Assembly: GCF_030028105.1 (NCBI RefSeq)
Contig: NC_092379.1
Coordinates: 29,195,821 to 29,259,820, forward strand
Source: Mobula birostris
Lineage: Eukaryota
Direction: 5' to 3'
Length of the DNA stretch: 64,000 nucleotides
In this document: one piece after another, positions 35,400 to 47,378 of the stretch
Layout: every line of letters starts with the position of its first letter
How positions within the stretch are numbered: position 1 is the stretch's first letter
Position numbers and translations under genes: made by a program
Notes under the pieces: model-generated
Databases searched by the model: none
Told to the model about the DNA's origin: nothing
Seen by the model: the letters and a program-made list of their open reading frames with translations, nothing else

Positions 35400-35860
35400 A
35401 ACAGTACAGCACAGGAACAGGCTCTTCAGTGCACAATGCCTGTATCTACCACTTTACTAGTTCAGACTGACATGTCCCTGAACATGGTCCATTTGCCTGC
35501 ATCTTATGAGCCAATCTAAGTGACCCTTAAACGTTATTCAGTATTTGTTCCAACACTTCCCTGATAGAGTGTTTCAGGTATCCGCAACGCTCTGTGCAAA
35601 TGAAACACTGTCTTAGAAAATTTCTTTTAAACTTTGCCCCTCTGACCATAAATCTATGCCCTCTACAGGTTGCCATTTCCACCCTGAGGAGAACAATTGG
35701 ACTCTCCCATATCTCTACCTGTGATACTTGTATGATCCTTTCTCAGGTCTCCCCTGAGCCTCCAACGCTCCAAAGAGAACACATCAGGTTTGTCCAAACT
35801 CTCCCTATCGCTCATACCTTAAAAGCCAGGCAAGATTCCTGCTAACCTGCTTTCCACCTC
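35400..35860 (-). mobile_element. CR1 3' fragment
   Basis: Reverse complement resembles the CR1 ORF2 C-terminus and 3' UTR. Confidence 0.65.
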
Positions 35861-35952
35861 ATCCGATTTTAGCAAGAGTTAATGCACAAGTATCTGATTA
35901 CGCTAATCGCCTTCCTTATCAGATTTCAAAATCTGCAGCCAACCGTTCTCTT

Positions 35953-35959
<7 letters not shown>

Positions 35960-36000
<41 letters not shown>
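35960..36000. repeat. (TA)n(TG)n microsatellite
   Basis: Direct reading. Confidence 0.95.
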
Positions 36001-36682
36001 TCATCTTTTTCTTTCAGTGCCTTTGCCTCTCTGTTCTTCCTCTCTCCCTCCCTCAAAACCCACCTCGTTCTCTTTCTACATCTCAATTTCCTATAGTTTC
36101 ATTCTTCTGTTGTCTCTCATTTTTCTATCGTTTTTCTCATTCATACTTTTTCATTATTCCTTTCACTTACTCTACCAATCAATGTTTGACGTTTTCTATT
36201 TATCTTTTTCGTCTCTCTCCCTCTCGATCTCAATCTCTGTCAGTCTTTCTTTCCCAGTCTTTCTGCACCTCCTCTCTCTCTATCTCTATATATCTATCTA
36301 TCTCATCCTGTCAGGGACTGCCTATTCCATTCCCTGTCAGATTGCCACCTAAATTCTGTGATTGCATCTGATTCCAACACTTCGGGGCAGTTCCTGATAT
36401 TAACCACGCTGTGTGTAAAAATAAACTTACCCATCACTCCCGATTGTAAAAAAAAATTCTCATTCCTCTCCCCTTCTGTTTTAATCGTACAGCTTTACAT
36501 GTGGGGCATAGCCCACATAAGAGACTACATGACATGTTGAAAGATGGAATATTAGGAAAGCAGATAAATATTTTTTAATGGATTTCGAGTACACAGGGGT
36601 ACATTCGGCACTATCCGAGCAGGAATTCCGGGGAAGTTTTTCAAATTGAAAGTAAGGGTTTACGCCTTTGTGTTTCTGTCAG

Positions 36683-36765
36683 ACCAGGATGGCCGAGTGG
36701 TTAAGGCGTTGGACTTAAGTTCCAATGAACACATGTTCACGTGGGTTCGAACCCCACTCCTGGTA
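36683..36765 (+). tRNA. TRL-TAA: tRNA-Leu(TAA), second copy
   Basis: 83 nt; differs from the 25758 copy at 3 positions, all in loops; stems intact; anticodon TAA. Confidence 0.97.
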
Positions 36766-37159
36766 ATTGATTATCAGTCCCGCACCGAACTTTTCATTGT
36801 AAAAGGTATTTCGATGCATATATTTTCCGCACCACACAGGTGGGGGGCCGTTTGGGACCAGAGACATCCCACGTATTCCACCAACCTGCTCCCGTTAACT
36901 CATTGGAATGAAAAAAAGCCCGCAAACTCCTCAATCCGGTTAAACTCTCACTGCTTCCCGTTACCCCAAACACGAGAGATTCTGCAGATGCTGGAAATCC
37001 AGAGTAAAACACAAAATAAAATTGCTGGACAGGAGCTCTGCAGACAGCAACTATGGAAATGATTAAACAGTCAAAGTTTCGGGCCGAGACTGGAAAGAAA
37101 AGGGGAAGACGCCAGAATAGAAGTAGGATAAGTGAGAAGATGATAGCTGGAACTGGGTG

Positions 37160-39470
37160 GGTGAAAACCTGGAGAAGTGGGAATCTGAAAACGCAAACAC
37201 GAGGAAATCTGCAGATGCTGGAATTTCAAGCAACACACATAAAAGTAGCTGGTGAACGCAGCAGGCCAGGCAGCATCTCCAGGAAGAGGTACAGTCCACG
37301 TTTTGGGCCGAGACCCTTCGTCAGGACTAACTAAAGGAAGAGCTAGTAAGAGATTTGAAAGTGGGAGGGGAGGGGGAGATCCAAAATGATAGGAGAAGAC
37401 AGGAGGGGGAGGGATGGAGCCAAGAGCTGGTCAGTTGATTGGCAAAAGGGATATGAGAGGATCATAGGACAGGAGGCGTAGGGAGAAAGAAAAGGGGGAA
37501 GGGAGGAAAAGCCCAGAGGATGGGCAAGGGGTATAGTGAGGGGGACAGAGGGAGAAAAAGGAGAGAGAGAAAAAGAATGTTTGTAGTGTCACCTCACCTG
37601 GAAGGACTGTCTGGGGCTCTGAATGGTAGTGAGGGAGGAAGTGTAAGGGCATGTGTAGCACTTGTTCCACTTACAAGGATAAGAACCAGGGGGGGAGATC
37701 GGTGGGGAGGGATGGGAGGGACGAATGGACAAGGGAATGGCGTAGGGAGCGATCCCTGCGGAAAGCAGAGAGAGGGGGGGAGGGAAAGATGTGCTGAGTG
37801 GTTGGATCTCGTTGGAGGTGGCGGAAGTTACGGAGAATAATATGTTGGACCCGGAGGCTGGTGGGGTGGTAGGTGAGGACAGGGGGAACCCTATTCCTAG
37901 TGGGGTGGCGGGAAGATGGAGTGAGAGCAGATGTGCGTGAAATGGGGGAGATGCGTTTGAGAGCGGAGTTGATGGTGGAGGAAGGAAAGCCCCTTTCTTT
38001 AAAAAAGGAGGACATCTCCCCTGTCCTGGAATGAAAAGCCTCATCCTGACAGTAGATGCGGCGGAGATGGAGGAATTGCGAGAAGGGGATGGCATTTTTG
38101 CAAGAGACAGGGTGAGAAGAGGAATACTCCAGATAGCTGTGAGAGTCAGTAGGCTTATAGCAGACATCAGTAGATAAGCTGTCTCCAGAGATAGAGACAG
38201 AAAGATCTAGAAAGGGGAGGGAGGTGTTGGAAATGGACCAGGTGAACTTGAGGGCAGGGTGAAAGTTAGAGGCAAAGTTAATGAAGTCAACGAGCTCAGC
38301 ATGCGTGCAGGAAGCAGTACCAATGCAGTCGTCGATGTAGTGAAGGGAAAGTGGGGGACAGATATCAGAATAGGTTTGGAACATAAATTGTTTCCCAAAG
38401 CCAACAAAAAGGCAGGCATTGCTAGGACCCATACGGGTGCCCATAGCTACAACTTTAGTTTGGAGGAAGTGGGAGGAGCCAAAGGAGAAATTATTAAGAG
38501 TTAGGACTAATTCCGCTAGACGGAGCAGAGTGGTGATAGAGGGGAACTGGTTAGGTCTGGAATCCAAAAAGAAGCGTAGAGCTTTGAGACCTTCCTGATG
38601 GGGGATGGAGGTATATAGGGACTGGACATCCATGGTGAAAGTAAAGCAGTGGGGGCCAGGGAACTTAAAATCATCGAAAAGTTTCAGAGCGTGAGAAGTG
38701 TCACGAACATAGGTCGGAAGGGATTGAACAAGGGGTGATAAAACCGTGTCGAGGTAAGCAGAAATGAGTTCGGTGGGGCAGGAGCAAGCTGAGACAATAG
38801 GTCGGCCAGGACAGGCAGGTTTGTGGATCTTGGGTAGGAGGTAGAAACGCGAAGTGCGGGGTGTAGGAACTATAAGGTTGGTAGCAGTGGATGGGGGATC
38901 CCCTGAGCGGGTAAAGTCGGTGAAGCTGTGGGAGACAATGGCCTGGTGCTCCTCAGTGGGGTCACGATCGAGGGGTAAATAAGAGGAGGTATCCACGAGT
39001 TGTCGCTGTGCCTCGGCAAGGTGGATGTCAGTACGCCAGACGACAACAGCACCCCCCTTATCGGCGGGTTTGATAGTAAAGTTAGGATTAGTGCGGAGGG
39101 AGTAGAGAGCAGAGCGTTCAGAAGGAGTGAGGTTGGAATGGGAACAAGGTGCGGTGAAGTCGAGACGTTGATGTCCCGTCGGCAGTTAGCAATAAAGAGA
39201 TCCAGAGCAGACAGAAGCCCAGAGCGGGGTGTCCATGAAGAGGAGAAGGGTTGAAGACGGGAGAAGTGGTCATCGGTGGGGGTGGAAGAGTCCTTGCTGA
39301 AGAAGTAGGCTCGAAGACGGAGCCGGCGGAAGAAGAGTTCAGCGTCATGGCGAACGCGGAACTCGCTGAGGTATGGGCGAAGGGAGACCAAGCGTTCTGA
39401 GCGTTCTGCCTCAGACAGTTGAAGGTCGGAGGAAATGGTAAAGACCCGGCACGGATGAGACCTGGGATCA
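37160..39470 (-). mobile_element. Penelope-like (Neptune-type) retroelement, RT largely intact, GIY-YIG deleted
   Basis: ORF 37671-38996 with LPKIHK..GRPIVS, MDVQSLYT, AMGTRMGP, YIDDC; Cys linker CKWNKCYTC then truncation after FQVR; terminal repeat with hammerhead-like motif at 37292-37329. Confidence 0.93.
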
Positions 39471-39499
39471 GAGGGGGGAGGTGGGAATCTAATAGGGGA

Positions 39500-40290
39500 A
39501 GAGTAGACCATGTGAGAAAGGGAAAATGGACGGACGCCATGGGGGTGTGGTAGGTAGGTGAGGAGAAGAGCCAGAGTGGGGAATAGAAGAAATTGGAAGG
39601 AGCAGGAGGGGAAACAATTACTGTAAGGAAAAATCAATATCGATGCAATAAATTGGAGCTTACCTCGACCGATTATGAAGTGCTGTTCCACCAAGGTCTC
39701 ACCTTGGCAGAAGGGGAGACCATACAGTCCAGCACAACATGTCAGAAAAGGAATGAGAATAAGAATTAAAATGGTTGGCACCGGGAAGTTCCGTTTTTGG
39801 TTTTGGCAGATGACGTGAAGGTGTTCGACAAAGCAGTCCCTCAATGTCCATTGGGTCTCACCAATTCCAGGTATCGGGAGCACTGGGTATATAGAGGTAA
39901 CCAATGCTTTCGATACTCTGATGCCCAAGAAAGGAGCGCCTCACCTGGGAACAGATGCAGCGGAGATGAAGAATAGCGTTTTTACAGGAGACAGGCTAGG
40001 GGGAGGTATAGCTAAGATAATCCTTGGGATATAAAAGATGTCAGTAGACAGTTTGTCTCCAGAGATGGAGACAGAGAGATCGAGGAATGGGAGAGGGGCC
40101 TGAAATGCACCAAGTGAAAGCAAGGGCATGGTGGAGGTTGGAGGCAAAGTTGATGAAATTGACAAACTCAGCATGGGCTCATGAAGCAACGCCAATGCAG
40201 CCATCAACGTAGCGCAGAAAGAGCTGGGAGCATTACCTTGAAAGGCTTGAAACATGGACTCTTCCCCATAGCCAATCAAAATAGAGGCAT
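39500..40290 (-). mobile_element. Older decayed Penelope fragment (paralogue of 26900-27600)
   Basis: ORF 39941-40279 LPFLDLSVSISGDKLSTDIFY. Confidence 0.8.
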
Positions 40291-40859
40291 GTGGTCACTG
40301 CTTCCTCTTTGAGGAACAGGTGTGTGGCCGCAGAGTAACTGAAATGCTCCCGCGCACATAGCCTTTGTTGCCACGCAGTGGAACTTTCTTTTATATAATG
40401 ACAATATAAGTTTTCTTTACTGTACTGCATTATACCCTTCAATTAATAAATTGAATTAAAAGAACGCGATTTTTTCAAGGTTCATTCTAAAAATTCACTT
40501 CATGCATATTACAAAAAAAATTAAAATGCCTTGCAGTTTTCAGGCCATGTAAAAATTTCCTGCTCAGAATAATGGTTGGTCCGCAGAGCTATAAAAGCAA
40601 AATTAGAGGGACGTTGCCCATACACTTCACCCTGTGTACTTTCCTGAGAACGGCTCCACTTGACCGTTTCCTACACAACACACCCTCAACTGTCCAAACC
40701 CGGGATCTCTAGCTTCTGTATCATCTTCCAGTCTTTCTTGTCCTCCTCCCTCTTGTTCTCTCTACCTCTCCTCTTTTTTTCTCTCTTTCCTTTCCTCCCG
40801 TCCTCCACCTGCACCCATCTGCCCATCATAGAGCAATATACTACCAAGAAGTGGGCCCT

Positions 40860-41430
40860 TCGGTTCAATTCGTCCACAACGAGCAGAATATCCATCCGAG
40901 ATAGTCCTATTTGCTCGTGTTTTGGTCCATATCCCTTGAAACCTTTCCGAACAAGGTACCTCCAAATAAATGTCTTTTAAACATTGTAATATCCCACCCC
41001 CGTACCTACAGCTTCCTCTGAACGATCGTTCTACACACCCACCACCCTTTACATTAAAGGTGTACTGCCCATGTCTCCTTTCAATATTTCCCCTCGCGTC
41101 TTAACCTCTGCCCTCTAGTTTTAGACTCCCCTTCTCTGGGAACATAAGAACATGAGAAATAGGAGCAGGAGTCGGCCATCTGGCCAGTCGAGCCTGCTCC
41201 GCCATTCAATAAGATCATGGCTGATCTGGCCATGGACTCATCTCCACCTACTTGCCTTTTCCCCGTAACCCTTAGTTCTCGACTATGCGGAAATCTATCC
41301 AACCTTTTTTTAAAATGTATTTACTGAGGTAGCCTTCACTGCCTCATTGGGCAGAGAATTCAACAGATTCACCATTCTCTGGAAAAAGCAGTTCCTTCTC
41401 ATCTCCATCCTAAATCTACTCCCCCGAATC
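40860..41430 (-). mobile_element. CR1 3'-end fragments
   Basis: FRMEMRRNCFFQRMVNLLNSLP-like sequence; catagaa-type tail. Confidence 0.75.
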
Positions 41431-41626
41431 TTTATCCTCAACCATCCTGTGGAGAGCACCGCCCTCGAATTCTCCTCTCCCCCCTCCCCCACACCACGGG
41501 GGACAACGTCCCATCAGAGATAGGGGGAGAGTTCCAAAAGCCTCCCTCTTTCTGCCTTACGGCCTGAGACCGAGCGACTGTCCCATGTCCATCTTTACGC
41601 CTCCCACACAGCGCCGGCTGGCACGG

Positions 41627-41815
41627 GGGGCGGGGCTGGCGGAGTGTCGCGGTAATGTATAAAACCAGCGCCTCCTAATGGCCCACTGTGCTGCGATTTC
41701 CTCAGTCCTCTCTTTCCTTGGAAACTGCTTTGGGTTCCCTTCTCTTTCGGCTGTCCACCGATTTCCGGTTCAAATCCCCGCCTCTATTCCTACGTATTCC
41801 TCTGGCAGAGTAAGT
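41627..41815 (+). promoter_or_regulatory. Candidate Pol II promoter (GC box + TATA) and non-coding first exon ending at a GTAAGT donor
   Basis: GGGGCGGGGC 41627-41636, TATAAAA 41658-41664, CpG-rich context, CAGA/GTAAGT at 41809/41810. Confidence 0.55.
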
Positions 41816-41828
41816 AGCCTCCAGCCCC

Positions 41829-41833
<5 letters not shown>

Positions 41834-41882
<49 letters not shown>
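41834..41882. repeat. (CA)n microsatellite
   Basis: Direct reading. Confidence 0.95.
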
Positions 41883-41883
<1 letters not shown>

Positions 41884-43199
41884 CCGGGCTATCTGACTCT
41901 GATGTGTCTCCAACCACTTCCCTATTGGTAACTACGTCTATTCCCAATCATCTATCACCCTGTCCTCTTCTCTCTATCCCACCTTCTGCCCATCCATATT
42001 GAAGCGATCTGTATATCTACAGATCGCACCTACGAGGTTAACCGGTCCGTTTCGTCTTCAAGAAGTGGTGCCTCAAGACGCAGACGTTTATCACCGAGAC
42101 CTCCACCACCCGGGACATAACCTCTTCTCGTTACTAGGAAGAGCAAATCTACAGATGTTGGAAATCTCATTTTGTGTGTAATTTTTGTTACTACCATCGG
42201 GAGGCACTACAGGACCAGAAGACTCACTGAATGATTCGGGAACAGCCTTTCCCACTCAGACATCTGAATTCTGAATTTTGACCGATGCGTGGACCCATAA
42301 GCGCTAGTTCATAATTCCTCGTTTTATGTCTATTATTTTGTGATTTGCAATAACTTTAAGGCTCAGCAAATTTATTACTGCCGCAAAATAACAAATTTCA
42401 CATCATATGTCAGTGATAATAAGTCTGATTCTGAATCTTGTCCTGATGGAAGTTCTCGACCCCAAACTGTTTATTCCCCTCAGTGGATTCTTTCCGACCT
42501 GCTGACTTCCTCCAGCATTTTGTGTGTATTGCTCTGGTTTCTCCAAAGATCTGCAGAATCTCCAGTGAATCATTTATCTCTCTATCTATCTATCTACCAG
42601 TCTATCTCTATCTCTCGACTCTCCCACACCCCCACCCATGCAGAGGTCACAATCCCTCCATGAAAAAGATATTACACTAAAGTCTGTTTGTCTCCCAATG
42701 CCACTGACCCTGTCACTCTGACCTTATTCCTCTCTCTACTTCCTCTCATCCTCTTTGTTTTCTCACTCTATCTCTTTATCTCTCTTGGCCCCTCTCACTC
42801 ACAGCGTCTTTGCCTCTATTTCGGTCTCTCGATCTTCCTGTGAACATACAATACCAAACCAAATCTACATGTCCAACTGACTGTCAATTGCTTGTCCAAG
42901 CATGTGTCTATCTCTGATTATACAACACTGAAGCAAGTCAAACTGCCCACCATATGTTGATCAGGCATCAAGTTTCTATCTGCATGAATCGTTGCAGAGA
43001 AGCAACACCCACAACATGCAGGAGGGACTCAACAAGCCGGACAGCATTGATGGACAAGAGGACTGTTGACGTTTTGGTCCAAAACCTTTTGGCAGTCTTG
43101 CTGAGTTCCAGCGTCTGCACATTTTCTCTTGTTTGCAGTTGCAGTTAGGACTCATTTGCAGCAGCCTAGCCCATAGCTCCTCTGCCTTGGTAATTCAGG

Positions 43200-44525
43200 A
43201 ATTTAAGCAGGTAATATAAGGTGTCCTATCCACCTATGGATGCCCTGAAAAGTACATTGGAATCCTGAGACTCCTCCACGATGGCATGCTTGCCACAGTC
43301 ATGGTCAGCAACAGTAACTGTGAGCCTTTTCAAGTTAGATCAGGAGTAAAACAGGGATGCATGATAGCCCCAACTTTGTTCACCATCTTAATTGCGACAA
43401 TCATCCACATTATCAAGGACAACTTACCCCAGGAACCGAAATTGTCTACAAAACAGATGGCAGACTTTTCAATCTTGCCCGTCTCAAATCCAAAATGAAG
43501 ACACCCATGAGTTCCCTCATCGAGTTCCAATATGCAGATGACAACAGTGTTGCAGCTCTCTCAGAAAACCACCTACAACCGATTCTGACTGCCTTCAACC
43601 GTGCATACACGAAACTTGGACTTACCATCAATTCCAAGAAGACTCAGACCATCTATCAACTGTCACCAATTGAGGCAAATCAGACTGAACCATCGATTCA
43701 ACTTGGCGAAACAACGCTGGAAAATGTGGACCATTTTCCGTATCTTGGAAGTCACCGCTCCTCCAATGTCGACCTTAATGATGAGATCTAACATCGTCTT
43801 CAATGCGCTGGAACAGATTTTGGACATCTCCGAACAAGAGTCTTTCATGATCGTGACATCCAAACAGACACCAAAATGTTAGTGTACAAAGCAGTAGTAA
43901 TCCCAACGCTCCTGTATGCATCAGAAACCTGGCCAACATACCGACGACATCTGAAGGCACTTGAAAAGTTCCATCAACGCTGTCTTCGAAACATCTTAAA
44001 TATCAGCTGGGAAGATAGAAGAACCAACGTCAGTTGCTAAATGAAGCAAAACCAACAAGCATTGAAGCCTACGTCATCAAGAACCAACTAAGATGGAGCA
44101 GTCATGCTTTTCGAATGAAAGACGAACGTCTGCCGAAATAAATCTCCTACTCCCAGCTTAAAGGATGCAAAACGTAAAAGAGGCGGACAACAGAAGAGGT
44201 TCAAAGACGTCTTAAAAGCCAACATGAAGAAATGTAACATCGACATCAACAATTGGGAAACCAATGCCAAGGACAGGAAACTCTGGCAAGCCATCATCCA
44301 AGAAGGAACAGCAACTTTTGAAGCCAACAGATGTGCAGAATTAGAAGAAAATGGAAAGAGAGGCAACAACAACCAAAGCCTGACCTGCCATCTGGAACTA
44401 CCTGTCCTGAATGCGGAAGAACTTTCAAAGCCAAGATTGGACACATAAGCCACTTGAGAGCCCATAAATAGATCAACAGAATGAAGACCATCATCCTGGA
44501 CCTTGAGGGATAGCCACGACGATGA
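43200..44525 (+). mobile_element. RTE-clade LINE, 5'-truncated and frameshifted
   Basis: GCPEKYIGILRLLHDGM...SGVKQGCMIAPTLF / EFQYADD...LGLTINSKKT...HFPYLGS / LLYASETWPTY. Confidence 0.9.
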
Positions 44526-44859
44526 CAACAACATGAGAGTTTCTCATGATTCAGGGATGTCACCCTCTCCAGCCAAAGAACTCTTCAGTCCTCAAAAAGC
44601 AGTATGGAGCAGGGGTCAAGGCAAAGGTGAACATCTCCAGGTCCATGACCTGAAGGGAAAGATTTGTGCTCACCGGCATGCTTCCAAAATGGAACATTTC
44701 ATCCTGCATTTCACCCAGACTCTGGATGTCTGAACAGCGGACATGAACAAGCTCAGAACATTTGCTTTTAAAGGCCACATCCCGCCCATTCATTGCATCC
44801 ATCATATACATGAATGGTTTTGAGTAAGAGGTAGGAAGTGTGATTAGCTTGCAGATGAT

Positions 44860-46120
44860 CCCAAATTTTAGGAGTTTTCTCTTTGGAGCAAAGGAAGAAA
44901 GTGTAGATGATTATAAGAGGAATCAATTCTGTGGCTAGTCAGAGCCTATATTTCTCCCACAGCAGCAATGGTTAATACCAGAGAATATCGTTTCAAGAAG
45001 AGCGGAGGAAAGTTTAGTGCAGATGTCAGGTGTAGGATTTTTCACAGAGAGTGGTAAGTGGCTGTAGCACACTTTTGGGAATGGTAGTAGAGGCAGATAC
45101 ATTAGGGACACAAGAGACTGTTGGATAAACGTAGGAATGAAAGGAAAATAGAAAGGGTCATGGGCAGATTGGGAGTGAAAGGTCAAATTGATCATAGAGT
45201 AGAATAAAAGATTGGCACAACATCATGGGGTGAAAAGCTGTTCTATGTTCTAAAATTGGTGGTGTAATAGACAGTGAAGAAGGTTGTCTCGGGTTACAAT
45301 GGGACATTGGTCAATAGGACAAGCGAGCTGAGGAATAGCAGGTGGAATTTACCTCAAACAGGTGAGAAATGATGAAGTTTCAGAACATCATCTAGGGAGG
45401 GGCAACATACACAATGAATGCTGAGGAGTATTGTAGAAGAAATAGTCGTTCTGCTATAGGTACAAAGTATCCTAAAACTGACACAGATAGACAGGATGGT
45501 GAAGAAGGCATTAGACACACTTACCTTCATTGCATGGGGTACCGAATACAGGAGTTGGGATGACTCGTTGCAACTGTACAAGAATTTGGGGAGACCAAAC
45601 CTGGAGTACTGTGTGCAATTCTACGAACGATGTGACTGAGTTGGCCAGGGTATAGAAAAGATTGACAAGGATGCTGCCAGGAAGGGAGTACTTGGATTAT
45701 GAGGCAAAATTGAATGGGCCGCCAATGGAAAAAGATGGAGGGAGTCAAAGGGTAAGGCAGCATCTATTGAGAGAAATGGCGACAGGAATGATATTGTGAA
45801 ACTGGAAAAGGGTCAGAAAAGATTCAAGGTGGAGAGAAAAAGTGGGAAAGAGGGAGCATTGCACTGGAGAGAGCACAGAGGAGATTCCCCAGGATGTTGC
45901 TGGCACTGGAGGGCTTGAGTTATAAAGAGAAACTCGATAGACTGGGATCATTTTCACATGAGTGAAGGAGGATCAGATGTGACAAGATAGTTTTATAACA
46001 TTGTGTGTGCAATAGATTGAGCTAAGCATCTACTTCCCATGGTGTTGTTGTCTAAAACTAGAGAGAATAGGTTTAAGGTGAGAAGGAAGATGATTAAAAG
46101 GAATCACAGGGGATAAACAG
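44860..46120 (+). mobile_element. Decayed CR1 fragments
   Basis: RPNLEYCVQF / RLTRMLPG-like remnants. Confidence 0.7.
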
Positions 46121-47254
46121 TAAACATAGATCATTATTAATGTTGCAGAATTTTTTTATGAGATCTTCCATTATGAACTAGGAGCTCCAAAGTACCAGCT
46201 GAAGTTTGGCAGTGAAACTTATACCAAGGCGGAGAGTGTAGGGTGGGCAACACTTGACTGGATTTCAAGAGGATTTCTGTCAACTGTATCCCTCGTGTGT
46301 AATCACAAATGGTTCATTTTACTCTCACCATCAGTAAAATTACTGCAAAGGTAAGCCACTTAATTTATCAAAAATTAGGATGTCTCTTCTTCATAAACCT
46401 TTGAGGGCTGCTCATTCCAAGGCAGAGCGGCTGCGGTAATGCTCCATGTCTTATTCTGACTGCTCGGCAAGGGGAAAGAAATGTCCCATTATTTGACTGT
46501 CCGTGTTTCTGCTACTGAAAACATTGCCTCCAACTTTTAGGCCTAGCATAAGTTAACTGGCTATTGTAAGTTGCCCGATTGTGAGTGTTGCAGAAGGAAT
46601 AAGGAGATTAAAAGCTGAAGAACGGCTGAGCACTTAGCACGACTGCCCCAGAGCTCGAGTGAACCTGGTTCAATCCCGAGTTCAGTAGATGGAAACTGGG
46701 ATGATCCGCCAGAGGGGCTGGTGGAAGTACGAGGGGTGATAGATAAGTTCGTGGTCTAAGGTAGGACTCAGTTTTAGAAAACCTAGCACATTTATCTTTC
46801 AACTTAGTCCCTTCTCACATTTACACACTTAGTCCAGCGGTCGTGAAGCATACGGATCCCTTCTTTGTAGAATTCGGTGCCTTGGACTTCCAGCAAGTGG
46901 TCCACAGCAGGGGTGATTGATAAGATAGAAGGAGATGTGTTATACAGTTCTCGTTACATGCACTTGCAGTTCAACTCTTTGAGTGATTATGTGAAAAGTT
47001 TGAAGTTAATAACTCATCTCCTTCTACCTTAGGCCACGAACTTATCAATCACCCCCGCTGTGGACCACTTTCCAGAGGTCCAAGACGCCGATTTCTACAA
47101 AGAAGGGATCCGTGTGCTCCATGACCGCTGGACTAAGTGTGTAAATGTAGGAGGGGCAAACACGAGGAAACCTGCAGATGCTGGAAATTCAAGCAACACA
47201 CATCAAAGTTGTTGGTGAACGCAGCAGGCCAGGCAGCATCTCTAGGAAGAGGTA

Positions 47255-47292
47255 GAGTTGACGTTTCAGGCTGAGACTCTTCATCAGGACTA
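47255..47292 (-). ncRNA. Minimal type I hammerhead ribozyme motif
   Basis: TAGTC-CTGATGA-AGAGTCTCAGCCT-GAAAC-GTC-AACTC; catalytic core intact, stems I and II imperfect. Confidence 0.65.
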
Positions 47293-47340
47293 ACTGAAAG
47301 AAGAGCTAGTAAGAGTTCTCCTACTAGCTCTTCTTTCAGT

Positions 47341-47378
47341 TAGTCCTGACGAAGGGTCTTGGCCCAAAACATCGACTG
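47341..47378 (+). ncRNA. Minimal hammerhead motif, core mutated
   Basis: TAGTC-CTGACGA-AGGGTCTTGGCCC-AAAAC-ATC-GACTG (GAAA>AAAA). Confidence 0.55.

Noticed and set aside
38870-39928. 352-aa ORF
   Set aside because: A chance read-through of two different Penelope fragments; not a gene.
41678-41896. 72-aa ORF as a coding first exon
   Set aside because: The ATG is only 14 bp after the TATA box, upstream of the expected start site, and the ORF runs into a (CA)n repeat.
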